Assembly: GCA_963745835.1 (NCBI GenBank) | Contig: CAVUZH010000024.1 | Span: 320,001 to 384,000 of the forward strand | Source: an uncultured delta proteobacterium | GTDB taxonomy: Bacteria > Desulfobacterota > Binatia > UBA9968 | DNA: 64,000 nucleotides | Reading direction: 5' to 3' | Shown: positions 43,387 to 55,641 of the stretch, in pieces | Layout: each line of letters starts with the position of its first letter | Position numbering within the stretch: position 1 is the first letter of the stretch | Translations under genes and position numbers: made by a program | Notes under the pieces: generated by a model | Told to the model about the DNA's origin: nothing | The model's database searches: none | The model's input: only the letters and a program-made list of their open reading frames with translations

Positions 43387-46300
43387 TGGTGCCGGCAAAA
43401 CCGATCGAACTACCGGACGCGCATGACCGCCGCATAGCAGTCGAGACTTTCGATCGCAACCTGGTGGTCACGGCTGGAGCCGGGACCGGCAAGACAACTC
43501 TCCTGGTCGACCGGCTGGTCCATCTATTGTTGCGCAACCCGGACCCTCTGCAAATCACGGAGATTGTCGCGCTGACTTTTACCAATAAAGCCGCCGATGA
43601 GATGAAGCAGCGGCTGCGCGATCGACTTCAAGATTACCTGCAGGCGGATCTTCGAAACGAGCCGGTCGAGGAGACGAAAAAGAAGCTGCAACAACAGGTT
43701 GAATCGTTTATTGGGACGTATCAACTCTCTAAAGACGAGCTCGACCGCCGCGTGCAGGAGGCATTGCGCAATCTCGAGCGCGCCGAGATCGGCACGATTC
43801 ACAGCTTTGCGGCCACTCTTTTGCGCCTTTTCCCATTAGAAGCCGGCGTCGATCCGCAGTTTGGTGAGGACGACGGCAAACAGTTCCGGCGCATCTTTGG
43901 CCAGCAGTGGAATCTCTGGCTCGATCACCAGCTCGCGCTCGAAAACAGCCACGCCGACGATTGGCGCAAGGTTCTCAAACAGCTCACGCTCGAGCAGATT
44001 GAAGAGCTGGCGAAATCTTTATGCTCCGAAACTGTTCAGCTCGATCAGCTCGAACCGAGCAAACTAGGACAGGCCATCTTGCGCTCATGGCTGCGCAACC
44101 TTCTCGAAAGCGCCTCCGGCTTAAGCCAACGCCATCCGGAAGATCGGATCAACGAGAGGCTCGTGCGCGCCGCATCGATGGTGATCCAGGCATTTCTCGA
44201 TGGCGGTGATTTTAGCGGGCCGGCTTTAGCCGAACAAAGCGCTTATTTGCTCGAGCGCTCCATCGACCGGGACACCAAAGGCTGGAGCGAATGCGATGTC
44301 GAGGAGGCCCAGAGGTTACTTAGGGCGGCAAAAGGCTTGTGCAGAGTCGATGCAGATTTGTCCCGGCTTATCTGGCAACTCCTGGTGCCCTACGCCGCGC
44401 GTTTCCGCGAGACATTTGTCCATGAAGGATTCATCTCATTCGACGGCCTGCTGATTCGCGCGCGCAATTTGGTCCGCGACCATCTGCGCGTGCGTGAAGA
44501 ATTGAAGCGCCAGTATAGGACGATTCTCATCGATGAATTTCAGGACACCGATCCGATTCAGTACGAGATTCTACTTTATCTGGCTGAACAGCCCGGCAAC
44601 TCGGCCACCGATTGGCGCAAAATCAAACTGACCCCCGGGAAAATTTTTGTCGTCGGCGATCCCAAGCAATCGATTTATGCATTCAGGCGCGCCGACATCG
44701 AGGCTTACCTGGAAGTGGTCGAGAAAATCATCAAAGCGCAAAACGGCGTTGAATGCCGTTTGGTTACCAACTTTCGCAGCGATGCAGCGATTATCAATGT
44801 CATCAACGGCGTCTTTTTACCCCTGATCCAGCCACAAACCGGTGTGCAGCCGCTCTACATAGGAATCGAACCGGCGCCGCAGCAGAGCTTCGCGTCGCAT
44901 CGCCGGCACCGGCAAATCTCTGCCGAAAGTGCTCGTACGAAAGATCGTAGCCCCGGATGAAGAGGTGGACGCCGACACGGCTCGCCGTCTCGAAGGCGAG
45001 AGTCTCGCAGCTTGGCTCCAGGATCAGGTGTTGGAACCGGGCCAGCTTCGTCAATGCAGAAGGCGAGCAGGCTCAGGCGCAGCCCAAAGACATTGCGATG
45101 CTTTTCCGCAAGCTCACCGACATTCATGATTATCTCGAACCGCTGCGGCGTCGCGGCATTCGTTATGTCGTTGAAGGGGAGCGCCATTTCTATGCCGCCA
45201 AAGAAATCATCGATGCCGTCAATTTGCTTCGAGCCATCGACAATCCCAACGATCGCTTGGCGCTCGTCGGCGTCCTGCGCTCGCCCATCGGCGGCATGAC
45301 AGATCAGAGTCTTTATGATCTGCACTGCCAAAATCTACTCGACTACCGTCTTTCGGAACAGGTTAGCGGTAAGGATTTTCCACCGGCGCTGGCAGAACTT
45401 TACGCTACCTTAGCCAAGCTGCACAGGGACTGCCGCACCTTGCCGGTGGGCGACGCCGTATCCCACATATTCCATGCTCTGCCGCTAAAGCTTTTGGCGG
45501 CAAGCCATCTTCACGGCGAACAGGCGGTTGCTAACCTCGATAAGTTGCGCCGGCAGGCCGAACTGCTCGGGCGCGAAGATAGCGCGATGACCTTCAAAAC
45601 AGCTATCCGCCAGCTGCAACAGCGCGTGCTCGACGTCGAAGAGGAAGGCGAAAGCGTGCTCGCCGAAGAAGCTGTCGATGCGGTGCGCATCATGAGTATC
45701 CACAAATCGAAGGGACTTGAATTTCCGATTGTGATTCTCGCCGGCTGCCACGCCGGCATTAATGGCCGGCAGAAACGGCCGGCAGAAGCGCTGTTCGATT
45801 GGTCCAGCGGACTCACCGGACTTCATGTCGGCTCGTTCACCGATTTGGCCGGCGTCTACATCGCTGAAAAAAACCGGCTGAGAGCCGAGGAAGAAACCAA
45901 GCGAGTGCTTTACGTGGCGATGACCCGCGCTCGAGAGCACTTGATTGTTTCGGCCGGCCCGAGCACCAAAAAAGGCGCCGGCAATTTTGTCGGCATGTTG
46001 GATGAAGCGCTCGACGATCAGATCGGCGAGGCCGCTCAGTCGAGTTTGATCGACATCGGCGGTGCCAGGCTTGAAGTGGAACTCGTCGAGGCGAGTCTTA
46101 CTGCGCCGGGGCCGGCCACCAGCAAGAAAAAGCCCGCCGATAGAAAAAGCAATTGGCAGAGCTACATCGACACATGGCAGCGCCGTGGGGAAATCTATGG
46201 AGCGGCTCTAAAAACACCGGCCTTTGTGACGCCGACGTCGCTCAAACGCAACGAGCAAGAGCTGAGCGAAGCGGCGGCGACGACTCAGCGATTCGCGCAG

Positions 46301-46825
46301 GGGCGCACCCCGGCCATGCTCATCGGAGAACTGGCGCACCGATTTCTCGAAGACTGGGATTTCGGCAGCGATAAAAAATTATTGAGCAGTCAACTCGATC
46401 GTTTTCTTTCTACATCGCTGCCGGCCCAATACCGCGCAGACGCCGATTCCATAGGCGAAGAGCTGAAAACCATTTTCGAGCGATTTCTAAATTCAAATCT
46501 CTACACCGAACTATCCAAGGCTCAGATCCTCGGCCGCGAAGTGCCGCTATTGATCCCATGGAACGGCCAGATCATGGAAGGGGTCATTGATCTGATCTAT
46601 GAGCGCAAGGGTTTGCTTTACCTGGCCGACTATAAGACAGATACGATCGAAAGGAAGGATTTGCCGCTGCGCGCGCAATCTTACCGCCAACAAGCTGAGA
46701 TTTACTCGGAAGCGGCGCGCCGCAGCTTGAAACGAGAAATCGCGGCTTTCAAATTGATTTTTTTGCGGCTCGGCGAGGCAGTGGAGGTCGATCTTAATTC
46801 AAACAAGGAGCTGTGGCTTTTCTAG
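43386..46825 (+). CDS. addA: AddA/RexA-like UvrD helicase-nuclease (frameshifts near 44900-45040)
   Basis: AGAGTGKT, DEFQDT, VGDPKQSIY, HKSKGLEF, YVAMTRA and GVIDL...DYKT. Confidence 0.85.
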
Positions 46826-46827
46826 AT

Positions 46828-47439
46828 ATGACCATGAGAACTTTCTTTTTCGATATTGAGACCATTCCCACCGACCAGTCCCTGACCGACAACAATCTGT
46901 TCGCTGCGCAAATGCATCTCGATGAGGCCGAGATTATCAAGAAGCTAAGTCTTTCCGCCGCAACCGCGAGGATTCTCTGCTTGGCCTACGCCATCGAGCC
47001 GCAAGCCGACTCCCCTGTCGAGATCCTGCATGGAACCGAGGCCGAGATCATCAGCAGTTTTTGGAAGCTGGCCGGGGATTGTGATTTGTTCGTCGGGCAT
47101 AATGTCTTCGATTTCGATCTGCGGTTTATTTATCAGCGTTCGATCATTCATCAGATCAAGCCTTCGCGTGAGATCCCGTTGGCCCGTTTTCGCAGCCATC
47201 CGGTTTACGACACGATGCAAGAATGGAGTCAGTGGGGCCGCGAACACGTGAGCCTGGATCTGCTCGCGCGCGCCCTTGGGATCCCATCCCCGAAACAAAG
47301 CCTGGACGGCTCCAAAGTATATCCCTACTTTTGTGCGGGAAAACTGCCGGATATCTGTGACTACTGCAAACGCGATGTCGAAACTGTGCGGCAGGTCTAT
47401 CGCCGCCTTACGTTTACTTACGTCCCTCCGCAACTATGA
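46828..47439 (+). CDS. PolB-like 3'-5' exonuclease (DEDD)
   Basis: FDIET, GHN..DFD and YC..DV motifs. Confidence 0.8.
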   Translation: MTMRTFFFDIETIPTDQSLTDNNLFAAQMHLDEAEIIKKLSLSAATARILCLAYAIEPQADSPVEILHGTEAEIISSFWKLAGDCDLFVGHNVFDFDLRFIYQRSIIHQIKPSREIPLARFRSHPVYDTMQEWSQWGREHVSLDLLARALGIPSPKQSLDGSKVYPYFCAGKLPDICDYCKRDVETVRQVYRRLTFTYVPPQL

Positions 47440-47533
47440 TTTCGTCAGGACTGCAGGCAGCCAGCCTGTACTCGCGCTGTGATCCTACAGACTGCCGGTG
47501 TCTGTCCCAGAGGTCCGTTACGTTTTTCGGCCG

Positions 47534-48310
47534 ATAGGGGTCGGAAACGGCTTTCGCCGTCCCCGCCCTCCGAACCGTGCGTGCGGTTCTCCCGCACACG
47601 GCTCTCCAGTCGGTGGTTTCCTCATCGGGATTGGCTCGCTAGCTTGCAGGCTGTAGTCATGGTGAACAGTCCTGGGCCGCGATATGTATTTGCCAGCGAC
47701 GAATCGGCTCTACACTTTGTCGATCAGGCTGAACCATTTACCTCCTTTGACGCCGTTTCCCAGCGCCGCCAGCATGCGCTCGTTCCACACCGAAGCTTCC
47801 ACCCACGACCAATCCCGGCCGTGTGGCTCTGCGCCTTGTGTAGCCCGGGCACTACCGGCGCTTCGCTTTCGCTCTGCTTCGTTGTGCCACTCACGTTTCC
47901 ACCTTCCTATCTCCCTTCCCTCGGCGCGGCTTTGCTTTCCGCACCTGGCGCGGCTTTCACCGCTTCGGTACTATGGAGACTCTAACTCCTGCGCCGCTCA
48001 CCATCCACAGCGCAGGTCTCCCCGCTTACTGCGCTACACCTTCCTGTCGTTCCGTCTCCAACCACGTCGGGCTGCCTGATCATCGCTTACCACCACGCCA
48101 GCGTGACCAGCGAGTTTCGGACTTCGCCATGAATGAGCAGGCTCGTCGCAGCTCCCCGCCGAATCGAGTTCGTTATCCTACGGACCGACAGTTCGCCTCC
48201 GGTTGCTCTCCACGCCGCTTCGAGCCGACGCAGTTACCTTCAGCTACGGAGCTGTGGCATACTCCGACACGGACTTTCACCGTGCTGATGTGGCGCCATC
48301 ACGGGCGCAC
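47534..48310 (-). mobile_element. group II (IIC-like) intron with an internally deleted RT ORF
   Basis: 5' end GTGCG at 48310; domain V/VI GAGCCGTGTGCGGGAGAACCGCACGCACGGTTCGGAGGG...CCCCTAT ending at 47534; only the RT N-terminus (VWNERML..KWFSLIDKV) and C-terminus (GLFTM) remain. Confidence 0.88.
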
Positions 48311-48538
48311 TCATTCCGGGCAAACCCCCGGATCACAGTCCGGGGGTGGCGCGACCCGGAATCCAGGAAATTCAAAGAAAGCTGGTTTCCCGCTTTCGCG
48401 AGAATAACTCCTAGGAGCTCCGAATCTGAATCCAAGTTATGGTCACCACACTATTGGGCATAAATTTAAGCATTACCAAAGACTCGATTCGATTTTTTCA
48501 CCCCCGGTACCATTGAATACAAGAAGGAGGAAAACAGA

Positions 48539-48820
48539 ATGGATTTCGAAAAAGCAAAACTCAATCCCGCGGCCGTTTTCAAGAGCCCTCAAGAAGTCGT
48601 TTCAAACCAGGAATTGTCGCGCGAACAAAAAATTGAAATTCTCAAACAATGGGAACAGGACGCTAGGTTGATGGAAGTCGCCGAGGAAGAGAACATGCCC
48701 GGCCCGCAACCCAAGCTGCTCCAGCCGATTCGCGAGGCTCTGCACGCGCTTAACTATTGGCCGGATACGGAGAAATCGGGGCAAGCAAAGTCTGATAAAA
48801 ATCCTACCTCGGGCTGCTGA
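48539..48820 (+). CDS. small conserved hypothetical protein
   Basis: AGGAGG RBS; P..VF.SP.EV...LS.EQK..IL.QWE.D pattern. Confidence 0.7.
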   Translation: MDFEKAKLNPAAVFKSPQEVVSNQELSREQKIEILKQWEQDARLMEVAEEENMPGPQPKLLQPIREALHALNYWPDTEKSGQAKSDKNPTSGC

Positions 48821-48962
48821 GTAAGAACGGCGCGGACACGCCATTTGTGCGATGGTATTTCCCACTATCTTTGCAGTCCGAGGTTGTTTGCGAGAAACTA
48901 TTTTGGACAAGAGTGCTCCCGGTCCCTTTTCTTTTCCTCGTGGTATGATCCGGCGGCAAGGG

Positions 48963-49883
48963 ATGGGATACAAAAGATTTATTCCGCTGTTTGCTTTCGG
49001 CGTATTTTGCATCGCCGCCTATCTCCTCTATCGTGCGCTCAGCGCATACGAGCGCGCCAAGATCGTCGAAGCCATTTTCGCCATTCCGCGGCCGCGTTTG
49101 GCGCTGGGCGCGTTGTTCGTCGGCGCCAGCTACTTCTCGCTCACCCTCTTCGATACGCTCGCTGTTCGGTACATCGGCGCCAAGCTTCCCTACCGGCGCA
49201 TTGCACTAGCCTCCTTCACGGCCCTCTCCCTTGGACACACGCTCGGCGTCGCCGCCGCTAGCAGCGGCGCTATCCGCTACCGCCTCTACTCCCGCTGGGG
49301 CATCGGCCCAGGCGACATTGCAAGGATCATACTTTTCTGCGCTGTGACCGCAGGTCTCGGTCTCAACACGCTGATGGGGCTCGCGCTCTTGTTGCAGGCG
49401 CATGTGGCAACGAAGCTGCTGGGGTTTAGCCGCGCCGGCGCCATCGCTCTCGGCGCCGCGTGCCTTCTGTTAACCGCGCTGTACGTGGTCCTTGCGGCCG
49501 TGCTGCCCCGACCGCTGGCGATCAGGCGGTGGGAGATCCCGATGCCGCCGGTCAAGCTCGCGTTGGCGCAGGTTTCGATTGGCACAATGAACTTCTGTTT
49601 CGTCGCTGCGGCCTTGTACGAGTTGCTTCCGGCGACCGTAGGCGTCGGATATTTCGCCGTTGCCACGGTTTACGTGCTCGCTAGCGTGGCAAGCATCGTC
49701 AGCCACGTGCCCGGCGGTCTCGGGGTGCTCGAAGCCGTCGTGATTCACGTTCTGCCGGAGGCATCCGTGATCGGCGCGCTTGTCGTTTTTCGCTTTATTT
49801 ACTTCCTGGTGCCGTTCACAATCGGCGCGGTTCTGTTCGCAGCCTGTGAGCTAGTGCAGCGGCGTGGTTCTTTCCACTCATAG
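48963..49883 (+). CDS. lysylphosphatidylglycerol synthase TM-domain (UPF0104) protein
   Basis: Polytopic membrane protein; SGAIRYRLY and HVPGGLGVLE motifs. Confidence 0.8.
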   Translation: MGYKRFIPLFAFGVFCIAAYLLYRALSAYERAKIVEAIFAIPRPRLALGALFVGASYFSLTLFDTLAVRYIGAKLPYRRIALASFTALSLGHTLGVAAASSGAIRYRLYSRWGIGPGDIARIILFCAVTAGLGLNTLMGLALLLQAHVATKLLGFSRAGAIALGAACLLLTALYVVLAAVLPRPLAIRRWEIPMPPVKLALAQVSIGTMNFCFVAAALYELLPATVGVGYFAVATVYVLASVASIVSHVPGGLGVLEAVVIHVLPEASVIGALVVFRFIYFLVPFTIGAVLFAACELVQRRGSFHS

Positions 49884-50112
49884 TTTCATGTTTTCGCAAT
49901 TGCGAAAACGTGAAAGTGAGCTTTTCGATCTTTCGAGAATTCTTGAAGGGTAGGACTACCCGAGTAGATGTTCGTTCGGTCCAGCTACTGCTAGATTCCA
50001 ATCGGCGCACCCTGGTTTTTGTCCGCGCCGTTTCGTGAAATCTTAATGGCACTGGGTCAATATCTTGCGCGGGTGCGCACTTGGTGTATGTCTGCCGGTT
50101 CTACGATCGCTC

Positions 50113-51132
50113 TTAAAGTCCGTATCTCTTTTTCGCCTCGGCGATGAAGCCGGTTTCTTCGAGCGTCTTGACGAAACTGCCATTGATGATCTGATGAATA
50201 TCCAACTGGCCAACTTTGGGAGTCACTCGTGCAACATACTTTTGGATATTTTTCCAAGCCTCGGGATCCGGCGCTACATCGAGCGAGGAAACCGTCCGCA
50301 GTGCGTTGTAAGAGGTCTCGGCGTCCTCGTCCGTGCTCAGCCGAAGGTGTTTCTTTAGCACCTCCATCACCTCTCGTTTGTTACGCGGGCTTTGAATAAA
50401 GACCACGCCCTCAACCATCCCTTTCACCAAGCGCATGATCAGGTCGGGCGAATTAGCGATCCGGTCGCTGCGCGTACAAACGCCGACTCCCTGATACGGA
50501 ACCTTCAGATCCGCGGTACTCGCTAAGCCGCGCAGGCCGGCCCGTTTTGCCACCGCCGCCGAAGCCTGGGTGATCACCGCCGCGTCGATGTTCGAAGCGA
50601 GCAGCGCTTGGAGAATGGTCGGCTCGTCCCCGATCACGCGCATCTGCAATTTGTACTTGTCGGCGTCGACGCCGAGCCGATCCAAAACGATCATCGTTTG
50701 CAACCAGAAGCCGCCGCCGATGCTCTGCACCCCGAAGATTTTCTCGCGCAGCGCGCCAAGGGAGTTGATCTCCTTGCGCACGATTAGCTCCCGCGCAATC
50801 TTATTGAAGGGACTCGCGACACAGCCGAGCTTTGCTCCGCCGGAGACGCCGCTGATGACCGACGAAACGGCCGGCCAAAAAGCCTGTACATCTCCCGCCA
50901 TCACAGCGGTCAGGCTGATCTGGCCGTTGCGCACCTGGAGCATGTTCACGTCCAGGCCGTAGCTCTTGAAAATGCCCTTGTCCACCGCAACCCACATCGG
51001 GCCGACGGTCTCATTGTGGCCGCCGTAGGAAATCAGAAGCTTGTCCTGGGCCTGAGGTGCCGAGAGCATCGCCAGTATCAATATTAGAAAAACGCTGGTG
51101 CAAACAATCGGGTGCTTGCGTGTGGAATGCAC
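50113..51132 (-). CDS. ABC substrate-binding protein (NitT/TauT/SsuA-like)
   Basis: Signal peptide; WVA.DKG.F..YGLDV motif. Confidence 0.8.
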   Translation of the reverse strand: MHSTRKHPIVCTSVFLILILAMLSAPQAQDKLLISYGGHNETVGPMWVAVDKGIFKSYGLDVNMLQVRNGQISLTAVMAGDVQAFWPAVSSVISGVSGGAKLGCVASPFNKIARELIVRKEINSLGALREKIFGVQSIGGGFWLQTMIVLDRLGVDADKYKLQMRVIGDEPTILQALLASNIDAAVITQASAAVAKRAGLRGLASTADLKVPYQGVGVCTRSDRIANSPDLIMRLVKGMVEGVVFIQSPRNKREVMEVLKKHLRLSTDEDAETSYNALRTVSSLDVAPDPEAWKNIQKYVARVTPKVGQLDIHQIINGSFVKTLEETGFIAEAKKRYGL

Positions 51133-51765
51133 GATTTACCTCCGAAAAGTAGGCTATTCTTCTACTCGCTCCGCGGCCGGCGCCGGTAGCGCAACCTATC
51201 GCGGAACCACACTTACTTCAATTACATGAATTACGTTGAGCAAACCTGCAGCCGAAAAGAGGGGGCAACTCATGAAAAGTTGCTTCGCAAAATTCTCTGT
51301 TGTGAAATACGTAACGGCGGGGCGTGTACCGACTTCGCACAGGTGGAATTAAAATTCATAGCCCTAAGGCTTTAACTCTCATAATTGGTCGAGGATGTGT
51401 TGGCTAGCCTATTCTCCCGAACCCAGTCGCCGGTTCATTGCAATGGTGGCGGTGCTTGGTACGTTGAAACTGAAAATTTCGTCCGGAGAGGGAAGGAGGT
51501 TTTATGGCCACCCAGAAGCAACGCGCCGCAGCTCGGAAGAACATCAAAAAAGCCGCGAAGGCGGCAAAACGAAAACAAACTTTAAAACACTTGCCGAAGA
51601 AAACGCGACGAGCGCTCGGACAACAGGCCGCCAAAGTCAGACAATCACGGCGCTGACTTTGAAGTGAGACAACTAAACCACTCATCTAATTGATTAATTC
51701 TTGTCTCAGACATCGGTCGTGTGTGGCATATAACAACAATTTGGCTGCTTCGGTTGTTTCATGGA

Positions 51766-52860
51766 TCAATCTCCTCTAGGCGGCAACTCCGAACAACCGG
51801 AGCGCGTTCTGGCCAAGGATGCTGCTTTAGCCTGCGCCGATAGATCTTCCCGCGCATTGATCACCGGCACCGTGTTGGGCCAGCTTCCCATGGTATCGGC
51901 GTGCGGGTAATCGGTGCCGACCACCCAGTTTTGATGGCCGTATCGCTCGACCAGAACGCCCAACAATGCCTCATTCGTTCGTACGGAGAAATACAAGCGG
52001 TCGAGATAGTCGATCGGTTCTCGCTTGGGCTTCGTGAGTCAGTCTGTCGTAATCCCCTTCACCGGAATAGACCGCGGCAAGACCCTCCATCAGATGCGGC
52101 ACCTGCGTGCCACCGCCTTCGAGAAAACAGAAGCGCAGTTTCGGGAAACGCGTCGAGCACGCCACCGAACATGAGATTCGCGATGGTGATGGAATTCTCC
52201 ATCGAGTTCCCAGGGCGCTCCAAAAGCCATAACCCCGCGTGGCGTAGTGCCGCGTCATACGCCAGCCGCCGACGATTGGCCCGGTGTTCACCGGATGAAA
52301 AATGATCGGGACGCCGAGCTCTTCGGCTTTGGCGTAAACCGGCCAGAACTCTTCCCCGTCGAGATCGTTGTCACCGACAGTCGTATAACACACGGCGCCT
52401 TTGATGCCGAGTTCGCGCACGGCCCGATCCAGCTCATCGCTGGCGATCTGCGGCGCTTGCATCGGCAGCGTTGCCAAGCCGAGAAATTCCCGGGGTATTT
52501 TTTTACGATACGGCCGATGGCGTTGTTATACGACCGGCAAACCGCCGCTCCGAGCTCGGGCTCGACATCATAATAAAACGAGCCATTGCTCGGCACGAGG
52601 ACTTGAATGTCGATGTTCGCTTTCTCCATGTCCGCGACACGAACTTCCGGTTTATTGCCTGACGAACGCGGCCTCGGATTAAACGGGTTTGGAATGGTAC
52701 GCGCATAATCAGGAATGTTTCGTTGGCGCGCCGGGTAAACCACGCAGGAGTTTCCCTTCTCGTCCGTTTCGATACGTGGACCTTCCTGCCGAAATACCGC
52801 CGGAACATCGGCAAAAGCATCCTCAGGTAAAATGTGCGAGTCACAATCCACGTATGGCAT
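51766..52860 (-). CDS. amidohydrolase_2-family protein (several frameshifts)
   Basis: VDCDSH, IIFHP, FLEGG and GTDYPH across frames. Confidence 0.8.
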
Positions 52861-52973
52861 GGCATCTCCTTTGATAAACAAGTAACTCCGGGCCTACTTG
52901 GTCGAAAGCCTCTTGGCGCAAAGTATACGAGCCACAACCTACATAGACCATGTTTTCGCTTCCGGCTGGCCGA

Positions 52974-54005
52974 CTACTTCAGGCCAAGCAGATCGCGATA
53001 CTCGTCGCGGATCTGCACGTAGTTTTTGCCGAGGCTTAAGTCCGATGGCACGATCCTCACATTCTTGATCAGGTCGAGTGGATTACCCGCGACATCCTTG
53101 CGCACCGAGCTGCGATCGCTCTTGACGATCAATTCTTGCCCTTCCCGCGAGAGTACGAAATCGACGAACAGCCTGGCCGCATTTGGATGAGGCGCCAGCC
53201 TGTTGATACCGACAAGTCCGGCGGCGGAAACGACTGGATCCAAAGCCAAGAACTCCACTGGACTGCCTTTATGCTTGGCTTCAATTGCGTTTTGCAAAAA
53301 ATTGTTCACCAACAGTGCAATCTCGCCGCCGGAAAGCAATCCGGTCAACATCGAGCGGCCTTGAGCAAAGCGAATATCCTGCCTCTTCAGGCCTTCGAGA
53401 AAATTTCGCGCCTTTTCGGCACCCCAGATTTTTCGCAGATTCGCGTACCATTCTAAATCCGAAGAATCCATTCCAAGGCGGCCCTTCCATTTGGGGCTCA
53501 ACAGGTCGGCATAATCCTTCGGCAGATCGGCGGGAGCGACAAGCTTGACGTTATAGCTGACGACCATCGGCGTGGTATACATAGTCGCCCACATGCCGTC
53601 GTTGTCCTTGTGGCCCTCCGGAAAATCCCTTCGTTCGGCCGAATCGTATTTGGCAAAGTAACCCTGCTCCACCAGCGCATAAGGCTCAAATCCAGTGGCA
53701 TTCATGACGTCCCATATATGCGTGCCGGCGCGCTGCTCGGTTTGAATTCGCGAGACCAACGCTGAGCCGGTGGCCCGGTAAAAAGTAGTCTTGATGAAAG
53801 GATATTTTTTTTCGAGGGTCGACAGAATCTCTTGGGCATCGGGAATCGGCATGCCGGAATAAAAAACTAGCTGTCCTTCTTTTCGCGCGCCTTCAATAAC
53901 CTCTCTCGATTGCGCCGCTAGGTCGTCCGCCGATCCTAAAGAGATTAGCAACAAGAGGGAAACAACTATGTGTCGCAACGGATCCAACTTTTTGCTCGAC
54001 GTCAT
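52974..54005 (-). CDS. ABC substrate-binding protein (Fe3+/thiamine-like family)
   Basis: Signal peptide; ARKEGQLVFYS and APHPNAARLFVDF motifs. Confidence 0.85.
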   Translation of the reverse strand: MTSSKKLDPLRHIVVSLLLLISLGSADDLAAQSREVIEGARKEGQLVFYSGMPIPDAQEILSTLEKKYPFIKTTFYRATGSALVSRIQTEQRAGTHIWDVMNATGFEPYALVEQGYFAKYDSAERRDFPEGHKDNDGMWATMYTTPMVVSYNVKLVAPADLPKDYADLLSPKWKGRLGMDSSDLEWYANLRKIWGAEKARNFLEGLKRQDIRFAQGRSMLTGLLSGGEIALLVNNFLQNAIEAKHKGSPVEFLALDPVVSAAGLVGINRLAPHPNAARLFVDFVLSREGQELIVKSDRSSVRKDVAGNPLDLIKNVRIVPSDLSLGKNYVQIRDEYRDLLGLK

Positions 54006-54238
54006 TCAGCCTCCCTGGAGTCTAGGCCAAACCAAGTACCGCAACTTTCTACAAGTTGTCAAGCAATGGAATGTAAGCGCCTGCGCCAAAATTGCACGGA
54101 TCAAATGCAAACTCTACCGGAGGGCTTCAGTTACGCTTTCGCGAATTCTGTCAAGATGAAAATAAGAGTCACGTAACATGCGCTTAGTCATCCCTCGATC
54201 TCTGACAAAGTCCCTGGGTCACAGGATCTGGCCTCAGG

Positions 54239-55375
54239 CTAGCGCGTCGGGAGCGGTCCGGCGCCGGAAAGCTTCTTCAGCGTGTCGATGACCTCGGCGT
54301 CGCGCGGCGTCTCTTTGACGACTTTTGCCAACGCTTCCGGCATGATCGGATCGGCCTCATCGCCGACGATCTTCTCGTATTCCCTGTGGAAGTCGCGATC
54401 TTTGAACGCCATCCCGATTGCCTCTTCGAGAATCTTTACGCGATCGTTCGGCGTTCCGGGGGGTAGAACATAAGGTGAGCCGAGAAGTCTGAAGGCTCGC
54501 CACATCGACAACAGCTTGATCTCCTTGTCCGATTTCGCAAAGCTCTCGATCTCCGGCAAGTGCGCAAAGCGCGGATGCTTCGCGCCCTTCGGCGCCTCTA
54601 AGATAGAGTGGAAGTTCATCAGACCTCTCTCCACCCATTCCGGGTTGCGCCGCAAGACCGACGTCGGATTATTGGATCGCGCGTCCAATTCGCCGCGCAG
54701 CAGCGCCGCATCGACTTCGGGAGCGGTATAGCCGGCGATAAACTTTGGATCCTTCATGCCCAGGAAATACGCGAAAAATCGCGCCGCGACATAAGCGACA
54801 TGTCCGACCGACTGAGCGCCGATCCGGATGCCGGAGGCCGCTCGGAGCTTCTCTAGACTGTCCAACCCCAGTTCTCTTCTCGTGTAAATTATTTGGTGGG
54901 TTACGCTTTCCGGCGAGCCGAGATAGATAAATTTATCGGCCTCGTACATCACGCCGGTCTCTCCGAGAATGCTCAGGGCGATTACGCCGCCACTTAACGA
55001 TCCTAAAGTGAGTCCGTCCGGGCGAGCGTTCGCGTACATGTAATTCGCCGCTTTTCGACCGCCGCTACCATCCATGAACTCGAGAATCACCGTTGGGTTT
55101 CCCGGGATGTACTTGCGCAAAAACGGCGCTAGCGCTCGAACACGAAAATCTCCGGTGCCTCCGGGAGTCGCGGCGACAATTATTTTTATGGTCTTGTCTT
55201 GATAAAAGGGAGGTTGGCCTAGAGCAGAAATCGGCAAAACCGCCAGCTGTGTAAGTACCGTTATTGCGAAGATCAGAAGCGGAAATTTCGCTCGGGCAGA
55301 TTTGCTGTCCGGCGCAGCCGCGCGCTGCACGCAGTACATTAGTAACTGGGACTGGCGGAGAATTTTGTCTTGCAT
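54239..55375 (-). CDS. Bug/TctC tripartite tricarboxylate transporter receptor
   Basis: TPGGTGD..R, IPGNP and PDGLT motifs. Confidence 0.85.
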   Translation of the reverse strand: MQDKILRQSQLLMYCVQRAAAPDSKSARAKFPLLIFAITVLTQLAVLPISALGQPPFYQDKTIKIIVAATPGGTGDFRVRALAPFLRKYIPGNPTVILEFMDGSGGRKAANYMYANARPDGLTLGSLSGGVIALSILGETGVMYEADKFIYLGSPESVTHQIIYTRRELGLDSLEKLRAASGIRIGAQSVGHVAYVAARFFAYFLGMKDPKFIAGYTAPEVDAALLRGELDARSNNPTSVLRRNPEWVERGLMNFHSILEAPKGAKHPRFAHLPEIESFAKSDKEIKLLSMWRAFRLLGSPYVLPPGTPNDRVKILEEAIGMAFKDRDFHREYEKIVGDEADPIMPEALAKVVKETPRDAEVIDTLKKLSGAGPLPTR

Positions 55376-55641
55376 TAGCTGTCTCCTTTTCCCGATACTT
55401 CTCCGAGAAAAGAAAAAGATGCAACCATCAAACGCCCGTGTGTCTAAGCAGTTTCAGCAGTTTTATCCCAAACCGATTCGTTTTTTCCGCCCTAAGCGCG
55501 TCATTTGCGCGGGTAAATTCGCTGTCCTTACACGTGTGTCACACGGCACACGGTTACTCTCCGCAAACCCAGGGACTCGCGAGCTTCTCTTACTACAAAG
55601 AACCTCGTATCATTGGCAAGCTACATTCGGAGGAAAGCTTC

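Noticed and set aside
47479-48463. + strand ORFs across the intron
   Set aside because: They are antisense to group II intron RNA domains and have no protein features.
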